64,000 nt of DNA from Mycobacteriales bacterium. Lineage in GTDB: Bacteria; Actinomycetota; Actinomycetes; Mycobacteriales; QHCA01. Positions 29,128 through 36,782 of this stretch are shown in pieces (positions within the stretch are counted from its first letter, which is position 1; every line of letters starts with the position of its first letter). The notes under the pieces are model-generated. The model did not search any database. It was not told the DNA's origin and worked only from the letters and a program-made list of their open reading frames with translations. The position numbers and the translations under genes are program-made. Location: the NCBI GenBank assembly GCA_038237645.1, contig JBBRYN010000001.1:55899-119898 (forward strand), written 5' to 3'.

Positions 29128-30639
29128 TCACGCGGGGCCGATCAGGCCCGCGGTGATCTGCGCCGAGAGCAGCACCAGCGGCAGCCCGCCGCCGGGATGC
29201 GCCGAGCCGCCGACCAGGAACAGCCCCGGCAGCGGGGCGCGGTTGGCCGGCCGCAGGAAGGCGGCCCGCGGGCCGTTGGACGACGTCCCGTAGATCGCCC
29301 CGCCCACCGACCGGGTCTCGCGCTGCAGGTCGGCGGGAGTGCGGACCTCGGTGAACATCAGCCGGTCGCGCACGTCGTGACCGCGGTCGGCCAGCACCTC
29401 CAACAGCCGCGCGGCGTAGGACTCCGCCCGGCCCGGCGCCGTCCAGTCGATCGCGCCGACGATCCCGTGAGCCCCCGAGTCGGTGCCGGCGTAGTGCCGT
29501 GCTGCATTGACCAGCACGAACCATGCCTCGTGCCCGTCCGGCGCAGCGGCCGGATCGTCCGGCACGCTGACGTACAGGGTCGGGTCGTCCACCGGTCGCG
29601 CAGCTGCGCCGAAAACGGCGTCGAACTCGGCGTCGTAGTCGACCGGAAAGAAGACGTTGTGGTGCGCCAGCCCGCGCGTACGTCCCCGTACCCCCAACAG
29701 CAGGACGAACGCCGACAGCGAGGGAGTGGCCCGGCGCAGCCGTCGCGCTGCACGGGGCAGGTCCACCAGGCTGCCGTAGACATGTGCCGCGTCGACGTCT
29801 GTGACGACGACGTCGGCCGGCAGCCGGCCGCCGCCGGCGAGCACCACGGCACTGGGCCGCCCGGCGGCGTGCTCGATAGCGGTGACATCTGCCGACGTGC
29901 GCAGCGTCGCCCCCGCCTCGATGCAGCGGGCCTGCAGCGCGCCGACGATCCGGCGCAGGCCGCCGCGGACATACCAGCCGCCGAAGGCCAGCTCGGCATA
30001 AGGGACGGCGGCCAGTGCCGCCGGCGCGCGCCGCGGGTCGGAACCGGTGTAGGTGGCGTAGCGCTCCAACAGCATCCGCAGCCGCGGATCGCGCAGGTGG
30101 GACCGCCCGAGACTGCGCAGCGTCCGCCATGGCGCGATCGCCAGCAGGTCGCGCACGTGCCGGCTCTGGCGGAGCAGCGCCGGCAGGCCGGCCACCGGTG
30201 CGGACAGGAACGGCCCCGACGCCGCGGCCCAGATCCGCTCAGCCCGGCGCCAGAGCCGGTCCCAGTCCGCGCCGGCCGAGCCGCCGAGGGTGGCCTCGAT
30301 CCGTTGGCAGAACATCTCGTGGTCGGAGCAGGAGTCCAGCATCGTGCCGTCAGCGAAGCGATATCTGGCCACCGGATCCAGCGGTACGAGGTCGAGCACC
30401 GACTCCAGCGGGTCACCAGTGACATTGAACAGGTCGCCCAGCACCTGCGGGAGGGTCAGCAGCGACGGGCCGGTGTCGAAGCGGAACTGCCCGGCCGGCG
30501 TCCCGGTGACGAACTCGCCGAGCTTTCCGCCGAGCGCCGTCGACTGCTCGCACACGGTCACGGTATGGCCCAGCGCCGCCAGCCGAGCCGCCGCCGCCAG
30601 GCCGCCCACGCCGCCACCCACGACGACGATCCGGCTCAT
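29128..30639 (-). CDS. crtD: CrtI-family carotenoid desaturase/ketolase (CrtD/CrtO-like)
   Basis: MSRIVVVGGGVGGLAAAARLAALG (FAD motif) ... LFLVGGSAHPGGGLPLVLLSAQ. It is the second CrtI paralogue in the window, and its ATG at 30639 overlaps the GT2 stop (ATGA). Confidence 0.8.
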   Translation of the reverse strand: MSRIVVVGGGVGGLAAAARLAALGHTVTVCEQSTALGGKLGEFVTGTPAGQFRFDTGPSLLTLPQVLGDLFNVTGDPLESVLDLVPLDPVARYRFADGTMLDSCSDHEMFCQRIEATLGGSAGADWDRLWRRAERIWAAASGPFLSAPVAGLPALLRQSRHVRDLLAIAPWRTLRSLGRSHLRDPRLRMLLERYATYTGSDPRRAPAALAAVPYAELAFGGWYVRGGLRRIVGALQARCIEAGATLRTSADVTAIEHAAGRPSAVVLAGGGRLPADVVVTDVDAAHVYGSLVDLPRAARRLRRATPSLSAFVLLLGVRGRTRGLAHHNVFFPVDYDAEFDAVFGAAARPVDDPTLYVSVPDDPAAAPDGHEAWFVLVNAARHYAGTDSGAHGIVGAIDWTAPGRAESYAARLLEVLADRGHDVRDRLMFTEVRTPADLQRETRSVGGAIYGTSSNGPRAAFLRPANRAPLPGLFLVGGSAHPGGGLPLVLLSAQITAGLIGPA

Positions 30640-31745
30640 GGCACGGGCCGTCCCTTCCAGACCAGCTCACCCCGTCGCCGGGCCAGGACCGACCGCGCGG
30701 TCAGCCAGCCGAACAACAACACCGACACCGGATGGGCGCAGGCGTCGGGCCACACCCGTCCGCCGGTGCGCCGGGCGGTGATAGCTCGGCCAGCCACACC
30801 GGCGAGGTAACCGACCAGGCCGGCCCGCGACCCGCGCAGGGCGGCCAGCGGCGGCAGCACGTACACCGCGGTGAGAGCCGCGGCGACCGTGACCGCGCCG
30901 CCGCGCGAACCGAATGCCGCCCACAGCGACTTGGCGTAGCCGGCCGACAGATCGGCCCAGTTCTCATACATCGTGCAGCTCGCCAGCCACGTGCCGTCGA
31001 CGACACCGCCCACGCCACCGGTGGCCTTGACCGCCCGGAGCAGCGCCACGTCCTCGACCACCGCCGCCCGGACGGCGGCATGGCCGCCGGCCCGGTCGTA
31101 GGCCGTCCGCCGGACGGCGAGGAACTGGCCGTTGGCCGCGGCCAACGACGGTCGCGGCGACCGCTCGGCCAGCCGGAGCGGGAGGAAGGACAGCCACGAC
31201 CATTGCAGCAGCGGCTGCACCAGTAGCGGGGCCGGCCCGGAGGCGACCTGCCGGGGGTACGGGGAGATCAGATCGAGGCCGGTGCGCTGCAGCAGGTCGA
31301 CGGCGGCCGAGACCGCGTGCGGTGAGAGCACCACGTCGGCATCGACGAACACCAGGACGGCGGCGGCCGGATCCGCGGCATCGGCAAGCTGCTGGCAGGC
31401 GTGCGGCTTGCCCAGCCAGCCGACCGGCGGCTCCCGCCCGGTGAGCAGTCTGGCGTCGCGGGTGATCGATCCGCGGGTCAGGGCGCCGCGGATCGCATCC
31501 GTGGTCCCGTCGGTGGAGCCGTCGTCGAGCACGACGATCTCCATCCGGTCGCCGGCCGTCTGCTGCAGCAGGGCGGCCAGGCACGGGCCCACCCGGTGCG
31601 CCTCGTCACGTACCGGCAACAGCACCGAGACCTTGACCCCGGGCGGCGGTGGCCGTGCCGACGGGCGGCGGAGCAAGGCGGCGTTGACCGCGGCATGCGC
31701 GGCGGCGCCTGCCGCAACGACGGCACACCACCGGACCGGCCTCAC
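30636..31745 (-). CDS. Family-2 glycosyltransferase, likely carotenoid glycosyltransferase (CruC/CrtQ-like)
   Basis: VSVLLPVRDEA, IVVLDDGSTDGT, FVDADVVL (DXD), plus C-terminal TM helices. GTG at 31745 overlaps the cruF-like stop (GTGA). The 680-aa track ORF is an over-extension. Confidence 0.8.
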   Translation of the reverse strand: MRPVRWCAVVAAGAAAHAAVNAALLRRPSARPPPPGVKVSVLLPVRDEAHRVGPCLAALLQQTAGDRMEIVVLDDGSTDGTTDAIRGALTRGSITRDARLLTGREPPVGWLGKPHACQQLADAADPAAAVLVFVDADVVLSPHAVSAAVDLLQRTGLDLISPYPRQVASGPAPLLVQPLLQWSWLSFLPLRLAERSPRPSLAAANGQFLAVRRTAYDRAGGHAAVRAAVVEDVALLRAVKATGGVGGVVDGTWLASCTMYENWADLSAGYAKSLWAAFGSRGGAVTVAAALTAVYVLPPLAALRGSRAGLVGYLAGVAGRAITARRTGGRVWPDACAHPVSVLLFGWLTARSVLARRRGELVWKGRPVP

Positions 31746-32494
31746 CGGCGCTGCCCGGCGATCAACGTCACGGCCAGCGGGACGGCGACCACCCCCATCG
31801 CCGCGGCACCCCACACCGCCGAGCCCGGCAGCCCGAAGAAGCACGCGTGCCCGGCGACCGAGGACGCGTAGGTCCACAGGTACAGCGTGATCGGCACCGC
31901 GTCCGACGGCGAACGTCGAGCGGGCAGCAGGAGTACGAGGAGTAGGCCCATCGTGCCGGCGACGGCCAGCCAGCCGGCGTAGTTGGACACCGGCACATGC
32001 GGCACGCCGGGCAGCGCGGGCTGCGGGTCCACCCATCGCCAGTGGCCCGCACCGACCATCTGCGGGTCGAGAAACAGGTCCCAGGTGGCCAGTGCCAGGC
32101 CGGACAGCAGCCCGTGCGCGAGCCGGCGCGAGGTCAGCCGGCCGGCCACCACGTACGCCGGGTAGGCCATCATCGTCCAGGCCAGCGGGACCACCAGCGG
32201 CACGCCGGCGACCCCGGCTCCCAGGCCGCCGGTGTAGGAGTAGCGCCCGAACGGGATCCCGGTGGCCACCCCGATCGCCTCGGCAAGCAGTCCTCCGGCG
32301 GCGGTGACTGCGACGAAGACGGCCGTCCAGCGGGCTCCCCGCGTCGCCGCGGCATGGGTAACTGAGGCAAGAAAGAAGCAGCAGACCGTGGTGACCGTCA
32401 ACGGGGAGCGCAGCGGCTCCCTGACGAGCGGGTAGGCGATCTCGGTGAGCACGGTGAGCGCCGCCGAGCCGGCGGCGGCCCGGCGACCCACCAC
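31742..32494 (-). CDS. cruF: Carotenoid biosynthesis membrane protein (PF04240 / CruF-type 1,2-hydratase-like)
   Basis: Polytopic protein with GIPFGRYSYTG, PLVVPLAWTMMAYPA, WDLFLDPQMV and SNYAGW. The start is approximate (GTG at 32494 or 32491, 11 nt after the GNAT stop). Confidence 0.7.
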   Translation of the reverse strand: MVGRRAAAGSAALTVLTEIAYPLVREPLRSPLTVTTVCCFFLASVTHAAATRGARWTAVFVAVTAAGGLLAEAIGVATGIPFGRYSYTGGLGAGVAGVPLVVPLAWTMMAYPAYVVAGRLTSRRLAHGLLSGLALATWDLFLDPQMVGAGHWRWVDPQPALPGVPHVPVSNYAGWLAVAGTMGLLLVLLLPARRSPSDAVPITLYLWTYASSVAGHACFFGLPGSAVWGAAAMGVVAVPLAVTLIAGQRR

Positions 32495-32505
32495 GGCGAC
32501 CCGGC

Positions 32506-33054
32506 TCAGCGACCCGCCCTGGGCAAGCCGTCGAGGGGGAGGGTGCGGGCCAGCACCCCGAAGCGCCTGGTGTCCCCGGCGAACCGGTGGTGCCGCCGGA
32601 GGTCGACGAAGTCGAGCCGGCGATACAGCCGCCAGGCCCGCGACTCGCCCTCGGGGGTCGACAGCACGACCGTGGCATGCGGGCACCCGTCGAGGAGGCG
32701 GGCGAGCAGCCGCTGGCCGATTCCGTGTCCCTGCTGGTCGGGCCGCACGTGCAGTTCGCAGACCTCGAATGGGTCGGTCAGCCACCGCGCCGCGACCTCC
32801 TCGTCGAGGTCGCGGCGCACCTCGTCGTGCCACCACTGGCCGGGTGCGCCTCGATAGCCGTACGCGAAGCCGATCACCTCCCCCGATTCGTCCAGCGCGC
32901 CGGTGGCCCGGAAGCCGTTGCGCTGGGTGTGCACGACGACGTACCCCTTACGTTGCCGTCCGGTTTCCGCCGAATAGCCCATGGCCGCGCAGTAGATGTC
33001 GAGCGCGGTGTCGAGATGGTGCCGCAGATCGGCGCCCGACCAAGTGACGATCAT
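32506..33054 (-). CDS. GNAT acetyltransferase embedded in the carotenoid tailoring operon
   Basis: LHVRPDQQGHGIGQRLLARLL (GNAT motif A), in a 182-aa ORF beginning MIVTWSGADL. Confidence 0.8.
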   Translation of the reverse strand: MIVTWSGADLRHHLDTALDIYCAAMGYSAETGRQRKGYVVVHTQRNGFRATGALDESGEVIGFAYGYRGAPGQWWHDEVRRDLDEEVAARWLTDPFEVCELHVRPDQQGHGIGQRLLARLLDGCPHATVVLSTPEGESRAWRLYRRLDFVDLRRHHRFAGDTRRFGVLARTLPLDGLPRAGR

Positions 33055-33085
33055 CGGGTGACGATCATCGGGTGACGATCATCGG
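33044..33085. repeat. Perfect 14-bp x3 tandem repeat spanning the crtA-like stop and the GNAT start
   Basis: GTGACGATCATCGG occurs three times at 33044-33057, 33058-33071 and 33072-33085. On the coding (minus) strand each unit reads CCGATGATCGTCAC and contains an ATGA. Confidence 0.95.
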
Positions 33086-33786
33086 GCCAGCGGGTCGCGG
33101 CCGAAGAGGGTGCCGGAGCTGCTGACCACAGCGAAGCGGGCGAACAACTCCTCGGCGTACCACCGTTCCTGCGTCGTTCGCCGGACGACCTCGGTGTGAA
33201 CCGGTCGACGGTAGGCGAAGTCGTGCAGCGAGTCGGCGTCGTCCCAGACGCTGAACGTCCCCTGCAGCCCGATCGGCAGCTCACCGATGCCCATGCTGAC
33301 CAGCAATCCCGGACAGCGACGCAGGTCGGCGGACACCGGTGGCACGGCCCGCCAGAAGGCCAGCGCCCGCTGCGGGGCGAGGCGGGCCCTGGTCAGGGCC
33401 GCCACCGGGCCCTGCCATCGTGCGGGATAGGGCCGGCCGAACGGTTCCCGGCCGGACCACCGGCCGCGGGATGCCAGCGGCACCAGGTCGCCGCGCCACC
33501 GCTCCGTGGCGATCCGCCGCCATCGGGCGGCGCTCACGGAGCGTTCGAAGGCATCCGCGGCGTCCCGGCTGGCCCAGGTGCTCAACAGGGCCCACCGGGT
33601 CGGGTCGCTGTCGCGGACGGTGAACGTACGGCCGCTGCCGGTGCCCAGGAGCTTGGCAAACCGCAGGCCTGACATCCGGCGCAGCGGCCGGCGGCCCGCA
33701 GCCATCCGCAGCAGCGCGGCCGGCATGCGCCGCAGCGGCACCCGCCACACGTGCAGTGTGACCAGCGCCGGCACGGGCTCCATCAT
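33079..33786 (-). CDS. Spheroidene-monooxygenase (CrtA)-like protein
   Basis: VTLHVWRVP...RPLRRMSGLRFAKLLGTGSGRTFT...WALLSTWASRDAADAF...RGRWSGREPF follows the pattern I recall for Rhodobacter CrtA (FRF..., GxxFxKLxGTGxGxGFT, ILATWxS, RGxWSGxxPF). It lies in the operon with other carotenoid genes. Confidence 0.55.
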   Translation of the reverse strand: MMEPVPALVTLHVWRVPLRRMPAALLRMAAGRRPLRRMSGLRFAKLLGTGSGRTFTVRDSDPTRWALLSTWASRDAADAFERSVSAARWRRIATERWRGDLVPLASRGRWSGREPFGRPYPARWQGPVAALTRARLAPQRALAFWRAVPPVSADLRRCPGLLVSMGIGELPIGLQGTFSVWDDADSLHDFAYRRPVHTEVVRRTTQERWYAEELFARFAVVSSSGTLFGRDPLAR

Positions 33787-33807
33787 GGTGGCTGAGCCTA
33801 CGGCCGG

Positions 33808-34269
33808 TCAGATCACCTCGATCGACCTGCCGCCGGTGGGCCGCAGCAATTCGTCGTAGCTGGTGTCGAAGACGGCGTCGGGTGTGCCGGCGCCGCACCA
33901 CACGACCGGATAATTGGCAAGGGTGACGTCGACCGCGGTCCGCAGCGGATGCGGATGGCCGACCGGCGCCACGCCGCCGATCGGCTGGCCGGTCGCCTCG
34001 CGCACGTATTCCGCGTCGGCCTGCTCGAGCGGGGGCAGGTCGAGCAGCACCGAGACCTTGGCGGTATCCACCCGGTGGGCTCCGCTGGCCAGGACCAGGA
34101 TCGGCTCGGTCGACCGGAAGATCAGGCTGTTGGCGATGGCGCCGATCTCGACGCCGAGCGCGTCGGCGGCCAGTGCCGCGGTCAGCGCCGCGATCGGCAG
34201 TTCACGTACGGCACCGGTGGCTCCCAGCGCTCGTAGCGCCGCCGCCACTCCCTCGGCATTGGGGTGCAT
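33808..34269 (-). CDS. YbaK/EbsC-type aminoacyl-tRNA editing (deacylase) domain protein
   Basis: 153 aa with IANSLIFRSTEPILVLASGAHRVDTAKV...ATGQPIGGVAPVGHP, a typical YbaK-fold pattern. Confidence 0.7.
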   Translation of the reverse strand: MHPNAEGVAAALRALGATGAVRELPIAALTAALAADALGVEIGAIANSLIFRSTEPILVLASGAHRVDTAKVSVLLDLPPLEQADAEYVREATGQPIGGVAPVGHPHPLRTAVDVTLANYPVVWCGAGTPDAVFDTSYDELLRPTGGRSIEVI

Positions 34270-34352
34270 GTCAACAGTTGAGCAGAACTACTCAGCTCCG
34301 TCGAGCAGCAGTCCGCAGGACCGGCCGCCGGGCGGCCGCAAGGGTTGTAGCC

Positions 34353-35711
34353 ATGACCTCGAGCGCCCTCACCGCCCGTTCCCTTGCCACCGCCACCCCC
34401 GTCTCCCGTGATCGCTACGCGGACTTCCTGCGCGTGTTCTCCATCGGCGTCGTCGTCGCCGGGCACTGGCTGATGGCGGCGCCCACCGTGGATGCAGTTG
34501 GCCGGGTCGCTGCCGGCAACGCGCTGGCCGCTGTCCCGGTGCTGCAGTATGCGACGTGGCTGCTGCAGGTGATGCCGTTGTTTTTCTTCGTGGGTGGATT
34601 CGCCCACTACACCGCGCTGCAGGGGCTGCACCGTCGCGGTGGGTCCTATCCGGACTTCGTGCGCAGCCGGGTCACCCGGCTGCTGCGTCCGACCGCGGTG
34701 TTCGTCACCACCTGGCTGGTGGCCGCCCTCGCACTGGAGGTGACCGGCCGGCAGGCGGGTCTGCTGGCTCTCGCCGTGCGTACCGTTGCCCAGCCGCTGT
34801 GGTTCCTCGGCGTCTATTTGGGCGTCATGGCGCTGGCTCCCACCATGCTGCGGTGGCACCGTCGCAGCGGAGCGGCCGTCCCCGTGCTCCTCGCCGCCGT
34901 CGCCGTGGGGGTGGACGTGGCTTCCTTCGGACTGGACGTGCCCGGCCTGCGCGCGATCAACATCGCCGTGGTCTGGCTGGCCGTGCACCAGTTGGGTTAC
35001 CTCTACGCCGATGGCACGCTCCTGCGCACCCGCCGGATCGGCCTGGGCATGGTCCTCGGCGGCCTAGGCACCGTGGTGGCTCTGACCACCAGCGGCGGGT
35101 ATCCGGTGTCGATGGTGGGGATGCCGGGTGAGGCAGTGACCAACATGAACCCGCCCACGGTCGCCCTGCTCGCGCATGCCGTCTGGTTGATCGGTCTGGC
35201 GCTGCTGGTTCGCGAACCGGTCACGCGCTGGCTCGACAACGTCCGCGTATGGACGGCCGTCGTCGCCGCGAACGGCGTCGTGATGACGGTGTTCCTATGG
35301 CACCTGACGGCGCTGTTCGCCGGTTACGGGGTCTGGCTGTGGCTGGGCGGGCACGTCGCGCCGGCCGGCAGTTCGCTGTGGTGGCAGACCCGGCCGGCGT
35401 GGCTGGCCGGCTTCGCCGTGCTCTGCCTCGTGCTGGTCACGGCTTTCCGCCGGGTGGAGCGGCCCCGCCCGGCACCGTCCGGAGGTCCGGCGCCCCGGCT
35501 CGATCCGGCCCGGTCGCGGGTCGCGGCGGCCGGCGCCGCAGCCTGCTGCCTGGGGATCCTGGGCCTGTCGGCAACCGGATTCGGCCGGATCCTCGCAGGT
35601 CACTCCGTCACGATGGTCGTACTGCCGATGTCGGTACCGGTTGCCGTGCTGCTGGTGTTCGCCGGTTGGCTGGCGCTGTCACTGCCTCCGTCTGCGTCGC
35701 GCCCCTCCTGA
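34353..35711 (+). CDS. Acyltransferase family 3 integral membrane protein
   Basis: RYADFLRVFSIGVVVAGHW..., MPLFFFVGGF, about 10 hydrophobic segments. ATG at 34353 lies inside track ORF 34173-35711. Confidence 0.75.
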   Translation: MTSSALTARSLATATPVSRDRYADFLRVFSIGVVVAGHWLMAAPTVDAVGRVAAGNALAAVPVLQYATWLLQVMPLFFFVGGFAHYTALQGLHRRGGSYPDFVRSRVTRLLRPTAVFVTTWLVAALALEVTGRQAGLLALAVRTVAQPLWFLGVYLGVMALAPTMLRWHRRSGAAVPVLLAAVAVGVDVASFGLDVPGLRAINIAVVWLAVHQLGYLYADGTLLRTRRIGLGMVLGGLGTVVALTTSGGYPVSMVGMPGEAVTNMNPPTVALLAHAVWLIGLALLVREPVTRWLDNVRVWTAVVAANGVVMTVFLWHLTALFAGYGVWLWLGGHVAPAGSSLWWQTRPAWLAGFAVLCLVLVTAFRRVERPRPAPSGGPAPRLDPARSRVAAAGAAACCLGILGLSATGFGRILAGHSVTMVVLPMSVPVAVLLVFAGWLALSLPPSASRPS

Positions 35712-35759
35712 CCGGCAAGTTCCGCCTCCAGCAGCCCTGCCCCTCCCGGGGTTGCGGTC

Positions 35760-35782
35760 TTGTCGGAGGAGAGGTTTACTGT
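35760..35782 (+). promoter_or_regulatory. RecA-NDp-like (PafBC-type) DNA-damage promoter
   Basis: TTGTCGGAG-gagaggtt-TACTGT fits the published mycobacterial motif tTGTCRgtg-N8-TAnnnT in both spacing and core. Confidence 0.55.
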
Positions 35783-35791
35783 TCCATGTGT

Positions 35792-35807
35792 TCGAACATA
35801 CGTTCGA
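35792..35807. promoter_or_regulatory. LexA operator (actinobacterial SOS box)
   Basis: TCGAAC-ATAC-GTTCGA is a perfect match to the TCGAAC-N4-GTTCGA palindrome. It starts 10 nt downstream of the TACTGT -10 element and lies about 180 nt upstream of the DUF6504 gene. Confidence 0.85.
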
Positions 35808-35989
35808 ACACCTCGTGCCGGTCGCTCGATCGGCGCGGGCGGATCTCTCGCCGCGGCGCGGTCCTCGACCCACCGCGTCCCGGTTGGGAGCCACCGGCCG
35901 GGGCGACGTGGGGAAGCGTTGCCTCGGTCCGGTGACCGCTGCTGCCCGTCTTCCCCGGCAGCACATCTGACGACGGCTGTGCGGGAAGG

Positions 35990-36343
35990 GTGTGTGCATT
36001 GACAAGGTTGTACGGCGATGCCGTTGACGACGCCGCCGAGGTGCGGCGGCGAGCCGACGAGCCTGAACAGTTCCTCTGGCGTGACCGGTTGTATCTCGTC
36101 CGGGCCGTGTTGGAGCACTGGATGGAGTCAGGAGGATGGTGGCGCACCGGTATGACGCGGGCGGCGCGCTCCGGTGCGCCTGCCGCTGGTGTGGACGGTG
36201 CGACAGGCGGTGCACTCGACGACGGGGAGCGGGAGTTCTGGCGGGTCGAAGCCGGTGCCGGCCGGCTCGACGACACCGGGGTGTTCGACCTGTGCTTCGA
36301 CTGGTCGCACGGCCAGTGGACCGTCGTCCGGGTGCAGGACTAG
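35990..36343 (+). CDS. DUF6504-like small protein
   Basis: EPEQFLWRDRLYLVRAVLEHWMESGGWW...EREFWRVEAGAG...GVFDLCFDWSHGQWTVVRVQD. The track start is GTG at 35990. TTG at 35999 has better spacing to GGAAGGG. Confidence 0.65.
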   Translation: MCALTRLYGDAVDDAAEVRRRADEPEQFLWRDRLYLVRAVLEHWMESGGWWRTGMTRAARSGAPAAGVDGATGGALDDGEREFWRVEAGAGRLDDTGVFDLCFDWSHGQWTVVRVQD

Positions 36344-36347
36344 TTCG

Positions 36348-36782
36348 ATGTCCCGGATCCCGCCTCCGGCCCGTCAGTCTGCCCTGAGCCTGCTCTCTCA
36401 GGCCCGGCGGGCGATGGACGAAGCGATGGCGCTGGAGCGGCCGGCCGAGCGTTACTCCGCCACGCACCTCGCGGCACTGCGGGCGGCTGCGGCGGTGCTC
36501 GCCGCACGGGCCCGGCCGACGGCACCCGTGCCCCGACGGTTGTCGCGCCCGACCAGTGCCTGGACGCTGCTGTGCCGGGTTGCTCCGGAGCTCACGGAGT
36601 GGGCCGGATTCTTCGCCGCTGGCGCGGCCAAGCGTGCCGCTGCCGAGGCGGGCCTGCCCCGTTCGGTTACCGCGCGGGAGGCCGACGACCTGGTACGTGA
36701 CGCCCAAACCTTCCTTACCGTCGTCGAGACCTTGCTCGGTTTGCTGACCGAGCCGATGCTCACCACCGCAAGGCGCGGGTGA
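36348..36782 (+). CDS. HEPN-like small protein (recalled as the SAV_6107 family) with an Rx4H motif
   Basis: ATG at 36348 lies 4 nt after the DUF6504 stop. The sequence is all-helical and carries ERYSATHLAALRAAAAVLAAR (R-x4-H) and AAFFAAGAAKRAAAEAG. It sits inside track ORF 36174-36782. Confidence 0.6.
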   Translation: MSRIPPPARQSALSLLSQARRAMDEAMALERPAERYSATHLAALRAAAAVLAARARPTAPVPRRLSRPTSAWTLLCRVAPELTEWAGFFAAGAAKRAAAEAGLPRSVTAREADDLVRDAQTFLTVVETLLGLLTEPMLTTARRG

